This document shows positions 57,685 to 64,000 of a stretch of DNA of 64,000 nucleotides, one piece after another; the first letter of the stretch is position 1; each line of letters begins with the position of its first letter. This DNA comes from Nitrosopumilus sp. (GTDB lineage Archaea; Thermoproteota; Nitrososphaeria; Nitrososphaerales; Nitrosopumilaceae), in assembly GCA_965218695.1 (NCBI GenBank), contig OZ244651.1, positions 1,728,001 to 1,792,000 on the forward strand, in the 5' to 3' direction. The translations under genes and the position numbers were made by a program. The notes beneath the pieces are model-generated. The model was given only the letters and a program-made list of their open reading frames with translations. It made no database searches and had not been told where the DNA came from.

Positions 57685-59907
57685 TTACTTGCCCCGCAGG
57701 TTCTCAAGCGGAATGAGGATCTGTATGGCGGTCTCCCCCTCTCCGGGACTGTTCTTTTCATGCGTGCTTGAGCTTACCTTCACGGCTCCTTTGTAGTCGT
57801 CCTCTACGATCTCCCTTACGATGGTGGTGCCCATGCCGGTACCGTCATCGCCTCCGGTTTTTGATGTAGAGTAGAACGGATCAAATATTTTGTGAAAGTT
57901 GTCCTCCGGAATCCCCACACCGTTGTCGTATACCTCTATCTTCAAATGCGGTTCGCGCTTCTCGAACAGTATTTTTATACGCTTGTTCTTGCGCTGGACT
58001 CTGGTCAGTGCCTTGATCGAGTTTGCCATCAGGTTTATCACTATCGATTCCCAGGATGCACGGTTCATGTACAGGCCGTCCAGGTTTCTCGGTCCGACTT
58101 GCACCTCGACATCTATTGACAGGGACTGTAAAACATCGTTAAACCCCTCCTTGAACCGTTCTACCGACTCGTCGAATTTTATTATCTCCCTTCCCCGTCT
58201 TGTTCCATCCGGACCGCTAAACAGCGAGGCGAATTCCCGTATGTATGAGTTGAGATCGATCATGGTCGAGACATCGTCTATGGTTTTACTGACGTAGTCC
58301 TGTTTTTTGGTGTCATCCCACCGGCTCCATTTCGTAGCAAGTAGTCTTTGTCTTTGGTTGATTCTGCCGATTATTTGACGGACTTCGTGATGGAACGCCA
58401 ACGCAGATATCCCCAGCGAGGCCAGGTTTCTATACATCTCCAGGTTTGTCGTGACCCTGGTTATTGCCTCTGCCCTCTCCTTGTCTTGGATTTCGATCTG
58501 CCTCATGGCCTCCACCGTCTGTTGTCTTAGAGCGGCTTTCTCATCATCATTGATATTCGTGCCCTCTACATGATCAAGAAGGTGTGCAAGTGTTGATTGC
58601 GCCTTTGCAGATGCCATGCTCCTGGGCTTTTTTTCTTGCTGCCGTTCCTCATATGTCCTCCTGTACTCCTCAAGTTCTTCCAGGACGTCCGTTACCAGCC
58701 GTTCCTTCAGAAATTCGAACGCCTCGTTCTGAACCAGTCCCTCCCTCGTGGTGGTTTCCACGATATCCGGATTTTGCTCTCTGGTCAGGAAAACATATCC
58801 TATGACGTTTCTGTTCCTCACCTTGCCCCCCATTTGGCGTATGTATCTCTTGTCAAGTCCCGCCCAATCGTCTCCCTTCTTTCCATAAGGCATGATTCTA
58901 ATACCGTCATTGAAGATCTTGATTCCACAGTTTTCCACAAGCTGATCCTCCAGCTCCTTTGCCATCCTCACTGATTTGGGTGCCCACTGCCTTGCCCTGC
59001 CTTCAAAAGCCAGGAGGACGATCTTCGCATCGCCGCATGTCCTGTCTCCTGCGGAAATGGAACCCCGGGATTTTGCTCTGCTGCTCAGGTCGGATGCGGG
59101 TTTCCGTGCATCCTCTCTGCCAGTCCGGTGGTGGATCTGGTAGTTTACCTTGTTTCCCATTAGCTGCGCCCTGATCTCCCATGGCGCGTATTTTTCCACA
59201 ACACTCTCAATCTTGGTTCTCCTTGGTCTAAACCCGTGCGGGACGATCCTTACATCAAACGAATTCTCGTCGGATGTCCTTATGACTGTGGGCGACACCA
59301 GGGTTCCTGCATTCACAACTATGGCATCAATGTCTTTCAGCGTCCACCGGTCCTTTAGATCCGTAATTTCTATCCGAAGCCCGGATCCGTGTCCCGCAGT
59401 GTCCAGAATCCTCAACTTGTTGGGAATGGATCCAAAGTCTTTCCCGGCAACATACTGGTTCCAGTCTATCACAAGCTCGATCGTGTTGCTTGGATAGTCT
59501 GATTTTACCCTTCCGGCGTATTCCCGTGGATTCGATGTGATCCTTACCACATTGCCCAGTCTCTGCGATGCGAACCGTCCCATCCCTTTCTCTCCGGCCA
59601 CCCGTCTCTGCAGTGCCGGGGAGTACTTTTCCTGCTCCTTGTGCGATGTGGCAACCCGCATCCATTTATCCCGGAAATCCTCAACCGTCATTCCGATCCC
59701 AGAATCCTCTATCACTATTTTTTTCATCGATATGCCCTCCTCCATCTGACCGTCCGCATGAAAATGCACGCTGCATTCAAGGGCGTCTGCATCAAAGGAG
59801 TTCTTGATCAGCTCCAGGATTGCCTGCACGTGCGAGGAGACTGACTGCTCCCCTATGTTCATGGCAAGCTTTGCGTCAAATGAGTGGTGCAGTTCGATCT
59901 CGGCCAT
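57685..59907 (-). CDS. GHKL (MORC/Hsp90-like) ATPase fused to a C-terminal histidine kinase
   Basis: N-terminal ELIKNSFDA, EDSGIGM, GEKGMGRFA, GIRIMPYG...DW.GLD, TTREGL; C-terminal FHHEVR, NLMANSIKA, DNGVGI, FDPFYST, GTGMG. Confidence 0.88.
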   Translation of the reverse strand: MAEIELHHSFDAKLAMNIGEQSVSSHVQAILELIKNSFDADALECSVHFHADGQMEEGISMKKIVIEDSGIGMTVEDFRDKWMRVATSHKEQEKYSPALQRRVAGEKGMGRFASQRLGNVVRITSNPREYAGRVKSDYPSNTIELVIDWNQYVAGKDFGSIPNKLRILDTAGHGSGLRIEITDLKDRWTLKDIDAIVVNAGTLVSPTVIRTSDENSFDVRIVPHGFRPRRTKIESVVEKYAPWEIRAQLMGNKVNYQIHHRTGREDARKPASDLSSRAKSRGSISAGDRTCGDAKIVLLAFEGRARQWAPKSVRMAKELEDQLVENCGIKIFNDGIRIMPYGKKGDDWAGLDKRYIRQMGGKVRNRNVIGYVFLTREQNPDIVETTTREGLVQNEAFEFLKERLVTDVLEELEEYRRTYEERQQEKKPRSMASAKAQSTLAHLLDHVEGTNINDDEKAALRQQTVEAMRQIEIQDKERAEAITRVTTNLEMYRNLASLGISALAFHHEVRQIIGRINQRQRLLATKWSRWDDTKKQDYVSKTIDDVSTMIDLNSYIREFASLFSGPDGTRRGREIIKFDESVERFKEGFNDVLQSLSIDVEVQVGPRNLDGLYMNRASWESIVINLMANSIKALTRVQRKNKRIKILFEKREPHLKIEVYDNGVGIPEDNFHKIFDPFYSTSKTGGDDGTGMGTTIVREIVEDDYKGAVKVSSSTHEKNSPGEGETAIQILIPLENLRGK

Positions 59908-60042
59908 TTCGGACTGTCCTGCTGTCTTCACGCCGCCCGCGTCACGTATTTCCGTGCCCGCAGTAACTGGTTTGTGATTCATGATATGCCGGAACATTCC
60001 AAGGTATTTAAAGCCAAAAACCTGAATGGTTTTCTCGTACGG

Positions 60043-60837
60043 TTATTGTGTTCCCTTGTGTATCCTGCGGATTGTGTTCCTGGGAGACAGGAATCCCTTG
60101 TATGACTTCCTGTCTGCATAGATTTCAGCTTCAAGCAAATCACTGTCGAGGATCTGTCCCAGGCTTCGCATGATGGTTGAAAACTCGTCATTACGTTCCT
60201 TCTGACACAGTTCGATCTCGGCTATGCGTCCGCTCTGCTCGGCTGCAATCACCAGTGAGCTCTCCAGCAGAGTTTTGGTATTCTTGTGTTGCTTCAGGCC
60301 AGCAAACACCACGTTCATCGGATATGAGAGGACTGCCTCCCTTATACGGAACAGATCGATTATGTCCTTGAGTGGTAATCTGCGTTTTCTTTTATCGTAC
60401 AGGCCGTCCAGTTTTTTTATCCTTTCAGACAGATGGATGCTCTTGATGGCATCGCCCAGTACGGACATCGGATCCTCCTTGATGGGTTTTACCAAGGAGG
60501 TCTTTCCTCTCCCCCCGCCGGGATCATATGTCCAGTCTTGGCCCTCATAGTCGCTAATGATCTGGTAGATCTTGTCCCTGCCGGGAGGTTTTTCATACCT
60601 CGGCCTGTTTCCAAGCCGCCTGCTCTCTTTGCAGAGAATCTTTTCAACGTCCTTGACGGATATCCCATCGGGATGCTGGGAGACGATCTTTTTTACCCAC
60701 GCGCGGTCGCTTTCATAGTATTTCGTCACGAAAGTCCAGTGTACGGAGCATATATTATCATTACCATACGGAATTTCCGTACGGTATGGGGGAGTTATAA
60801 GCAAATCTGCCGCATGTGTAACATGCATCGAAACCAA
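60043..60837 (-). CDS. Hypothetical protein, possible N-terminal winged helix
   Basis: 264-aa ORF; HPDGISVKDVEKIL...DKIYQII pattern. True start is probably the GTG at 60729. Confidence 0.55.
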   Translation of the reverse strand: MVSMHVTHAADLLITPPYRTEIPYGNDNICSVHWTFVTKYYESDRAWVKKIVSQHPDGISVKDVEKILCKESRRLGNRPRYEKPPGRDKIYQIISDYEGQDWTYDPGGGRGKTSLVKPIKEDPMSVLGDAIKSIHLSERIKKLDGLYDKRKRRLPLKDIIDLFRIREAVLSYPMNVVFAGLKQHKNTKTLLESSLVIAAEQSGRIAEIELCQKERNDEFSTIMRSLGQILDSDLLEAEIYADRKSYKGFLSPRNTIRRIHKGTQ

Positions 60838-61221
60838 GTATCGGCGGCTCGGTCATCAAGACCTAGGTGTTTCACAGTACGGATTACCGACTTTGGTTTG
60901 AAGAGCCTTAAGAAGACCGTCAGAAGAAACGGCAGGTTCAGGGGTGAGGTTGACTGCATCATAGATAAGATTGTACGCAATCCGGAAGCGGGAAGGGAAC
61001 TTACCTCAGATCTGTTTGGAATGAAGGTCGTGACATCCGAAGACGGAAAATACAGGGTCGTTTACGAGGTTGATGATGCAAGACGTGAAGTCGTTGTACA
61101 TGCAGTTGGAGGCAGGAGGCATGTCTATGACGATCTGGCGCGGATACTCAAGAGGATAATGCCATACACCGGAAGCGGATCTTTTGGCAAGTGGCAAGAC
61201 AGAAATGACGATCAGCGTTGA
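60823..61221 (+). CDS. RelE/ParE-family toxin
   Basis: IVRNPEAGRELTSDLFG...KYRVVYEVDDARREVVVHAVGGRRHVY. Confidence 0.78.
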   Translation: MHRNQVSAARSSRPRCFTVRITDFGLKSLKKTVRRNGRFRGEVDCIIDKIVRNPEAGRELTSDLFGMKVVTSEDGKYRVVYEVDDARREVVVHAVGGRRHVYDDLARILKRIMPYTGSGSFGKWQDRNDDQR

Positions 61222-61702
61222 TTTGCTTGGAATCCAACAGCATGACGCCGAATTCGTCTGCTTCGATCATTTCCGCCACATCCCGACATATTAGTTGATG
61301 ACTATTTGAAATAATGTTTCCCCCTTGCCCTGTCTGCATCTTTGCCGGGACGGGCATGGCATGGTTCAGCGTCAGGCGCATCGGACACGCATCCGCCTGC
61401 AGGGATGCCGGTAACTATGATCCTGTTCCGTTCCAGCAACCTGTATTGTCATAAAGTTTGTCCGTTATCATATCGTCCTTGTGGTTGACCATCAGCATAT
61501 GGACAACATCATGAAATTTCATGCCGGACTCTCCAGAATCCTAAAAGAACCCGGGTCTTTCTTGCGTATGTTCCAGTACCGGTGCCGGGCATCCGGCCCC
61601 TGGATCCTTTGAACTTTTCCACGATACCGCCGCGCCGGCACGGATTAAGACATGTGCGAGGGTCATGGATCCGCTTATAGGCAAATTTTGCAACGTATAT
61701 GC

Positions 61703-62425
61703 ATGGCTACCAAGGCAAAGATCCCGTCGAATGCGGTCATAATCAGGGAGGCGATTGGGCTGTTGGAGAACAGCAGCCCCAACCCGCTATCGCCCGAGTC
61801 GATCCGGGCTGGATTCTCGGACTCCCTGGAGATCCTCTTTGGGACTACATACAAGGTATATCAGAAATATGAACGGGATGAGGAGGATGCAATCCTGTCC
61901 AAGAAGATTAGCAGTTTGAAGAACGACACGTACACAAGAGATGATGTGATTGCCATGCTCAGGGAGACAATGGCCGACGGTGCGAGGATGGGGATGAGTC
62001 ACAAGCAGTCAAGAGCGTCAAGGGCCGGCAAGTCATTCGAGATCATCGTAAAGGAGCTCCTTGACAGGCTGGACATACCGAATGAGGGAATCACAAGGGA
62101 GGACAAGAAATCCGGTCTGAACCGCATAGATCTGGTAATTCCCGACAGGGAAACGGCCATCAAATCTCCGGACATGGCGCACTTTCTATCCCTCAAGACA
62201 TCCCTCAGGGAGAGGTGGATGCAGGTGGCCGAGGAACAGGTACAGGGACAGAGAACCCACCTGCTTACCATGCTACAGAATGAAACGCTGTCTGACGAGG
62301 TGGCCAATAAGATCACCAAACGCGGCATATTCCTGTACATTCCAGACAGCGTGAAGAGGGATCGCTTTGCCGGCAACCCGCGGATCAGGGGCTTCTCGGA
62401 GATACCAAGGGTCGTCGGATCCTGA
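61703..62425 (+). CDS. Type II restriction endonuclease, EcoRII C-terminal (CCGG-core) family
   Basis: SRASRAGKSFE, IDLVIP, LSLKTSLRERWMQVAEE. Confidence 0.85.
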   Translation: MATKAKIPSNAVIIREAIGLLENSSPNPLSPESIRAGFSDSLEILFGTTYKVYQKYERDEEDAILSKKISSLKNDTYTRDDVIAMLRETMADGARMGMSHKQSRASRAGKSFEIIVKELLDRLDIPNEGITREDKKSGLNRIDLVIPDRETAIKSPDMAHFLSLKTSLRERWMQVAEEQVQGQRTHLLTMLQNETLSDEVANKITKRGIFLYIPDSVKRDRFAGNPRIRGFSEIPRVVGS

Positions 62426-62588
62426 TCGTCGGGATCGGTTGTATCCGGCAGGTTTGTCCGATATCGGGCAGATTCGAGGAGAAACATGTTGTCAATCTAC
62501 CAGATCTGGACATCATCCAAGGGCACTGCGGCATCATCCCAATTTCTAAAACAGGCCCAAGTTCGGCACAAACCAAAAAGTGACAGCC

Positions 62589-63212
62589 CTACGGATAAAT
62601 TACCTCTTGCGGCGGCAGTGAGTTCTTGCCCCACTGGGTGGCCATGGCCTTTGCTATCCCTTGAAAAGTTCTGGATCTTATCTTCCATCGTTCAGGCGAC
62701 GGCGGGGTGCGGAACACCCTTTGCTCCCTGCCATCTACTATGTTGGTGGGCACGAGTTTTGGTAGGTTCTTCAGCCACAAACAGGTCGCCTTGGTTTCCC
62801 CATGCCCAAACTGCCAGGGTTGGATAATCTGATCCGGTTTTCGTATGTGTGATGAGATGACCGATATCGGGTTTTCTAACGCAATGCGTGGGATGTTGCT
62901 GTCCATCAGATCCTGTACAAAATCAAGTGCGTCTGCCTGCTCCTTCTTCTTGAACCTGAACCACTTCGCGCCTGAAACTGCCAAATGGGTGCACGGGGGA
63001 TGCGCTATCATCAGATCCCAATCCCCATCAAGCAGATCTCTTATGTCCCCTCTGTAATGCTTTCCCGGAATTTCAGAATCCAGCAAGTCACAGCTCACTG
63101 CATCATGTCCCATCTTTGAAAACTCTTCCCTCACGATGCCGCTAAATTCACAAGCCACTAGAACCTTCAATTTGTAATTTGTAAAGATCGGAGGCTTAAA
63201 AAGATTAGTCAT
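62589..63212 (-). CDS. Compact phage-type DNA (cytosine-5) methyltransferase
   Basis: KVLVACEFSG, SCDL, IAHPPCT (catalytic PC), LENP, QPWQFG, RSRTFQGIAKAMATQWG. Confidence 0.8.
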   Translation of the reverse strand: MTNLFKPPIFTNYKLKVLVACEFSGIVREEFSKMGHDAVSCDLLDSEIPGKHYRGDIRDLLDGDWDLMIAHPPCTHLAVSGAKWFRFKKKEQADALDFVQDLMDSNIPRIALENPISVISSHIRKPDQIIQPWQFGHGETKATCLWLKNLPKLVPTNIVDGREQRVFRTPPSPERWKIRSRTFQGIAKAMATQWGKNSLPPQEVIYP

Positions 63213-63216
63213 TTGG

Positions 63217-63363
63217 GGTTCTCTTGCAGATTCGGTTGGTCTACGCCAAGTGACTCAAATTCCACCCCCTGATTCCAGCAGGTACAGGTTGGAACAACTT
63301 CTACACCCACGCATCCACGCACCCTAACCTGTCTCAAGCACCGACCGAATCTGCAAGAGAACC
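63217..63363. mobile_element. 147-bp MITE with IS6-like ends
   Basis: 24-bp IR GGTTCTCTTGCAGATTCGGT(T/C)GGT with one mismatch; resembles the IS6-family GGTTCTGTTGCAAA terminus; no ORF. Confidence 0.75.
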
Positions 63364-63410
63364 ATAGGAACATAATCATTTTTTAGTATAACACTACACC
63401 TTCACACTGA

Positions 63411-64000
63411 TTGTCACCTATTACTTCAGAAGATAAAACAATTCCAAACGTTCCCAGCCCACTGGCCACAGGTGGCGCCGGAACAGCCTTTGAGCAGCAT
63501 GTGGGGGCCATGTTTCTTGCGCTCCTACTCACACGCGGGATTCCGGCTGTATTCAGAGACTGTCAAGTAGAGAAAGTCGGTTTTCAGACGCAATATCTTG
63601 GATGGGAGACTGACGACCTTCTTGCCACATGCTCAACGGACGCAGACGGGAGCCGCCAACTGGCAATACAAGCCAAACGTACGTTTACTGTTGGAAGTAG
63701 TTCGCCTGATTGTGTCAAAACATTCCAAGGATTCTGGAAGGATTTCAAGGCGGCAGGGGGATTCAACCCTGACAAGGACGCACTCCTGCTAGCCACGTTG
63801 CACAGCACCAGTGCTTTAAAAGGGCTCGGTAATCTGTTGGAATGTGCCCGGAACTCACCTAACGTAGAAGACTTTGGAGATAGGCTGAATGCCCCAGGAT
63901 TCTTGTCTAAGCCGGCAAAGGATTGCCAGCAGGTAATCAGAACCGCCATTGAAGAATTGGATTCTTCTGAGGTGGACGAGGCGGAATTCTGGCGTTTTCT
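63411..64000 (+). CDS. N-terminal PD-(D/E)XK nuclease domain of a probable Avs/STAND-type defence protein (partial)
   Basis: Not in the ORF track; open from TTG 63411 to the window end: SPLATGGAGTAFEQHVGA...GWETDDLL...LAIQAKR...FWKDF...FNPDKDALLL. Confidence 0.65.
   Translation, partial: MSPITSEDKTIPNVPSPLATGGAGTAFEQHVGAMFLALLLTRGIPAVFRDCQVEKVGFQTQYLGWETDDLLATCSTDADGSRQLAIQAKRTFTVGSSSPDCVKTFQGFWKDFKAAGGFNPDKDALLLATLHSTSALKGLGNLLECARNSPNVEDFGDRLNAPGFLSKPAKDCQQVIRTAIEELDSSEVDEAEFWRF

Overview
Ammonia-oxidising archaeon of the Nitrosopumilaceae/Thaumarchaeota type. This is inferred from the adjacent 4-hydroxybutyryl-CoA dehydratase and ADP-forming 4-hydroxybutyrate-CoA ligase genes, archaeal signal peptidase, zinc-ribbon proteins and TATA promoters; the GC-rich coding style and heavy IS load hint at a host-associated lineage. 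Positions 1-37.5 kb are mostly core genome: AmmeMemoRadiSam trio, tRNA-Ala and tRNA-Val, HP/HB carbon-fixation genes, aspartate kinase, ilvE and a Zn/Mn ABC transporter with a NikR-like regulator. This part also holds a tightly coupled, uncharacterised six-gene operon: ATP-grasp ligase fused to an apparently dead M20 peptidase, CNNM/CorC, an extended CorA with a GTN motif, a K+ channel, gamma-glutamyltransferase and N-formylglutamate amidohydrolase. Positions 37.5-64 kb are a defence island crowded with ISH3, IS66, IS630 and IS5 elements and MITEs. It carries a disrupted HEPN gene, an HNH nuclease, a UvrD/PD-(D/E)XK/SWIM fusion, a GHKL-ATPase/histidine-kinase fusion with a receiver protein and Vsr, a RelE toxin, an EcoRII-like endonuclease, a phage-type C5 methyltransferase and the start of an Avs-like nuclease gene. 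Swapped target-site duplications show a 9.3 kb inversion between the two ISH3 copies. No CRISPR array or rRNA was seen. All calls come from reading motifs by eye; no database searches were run.
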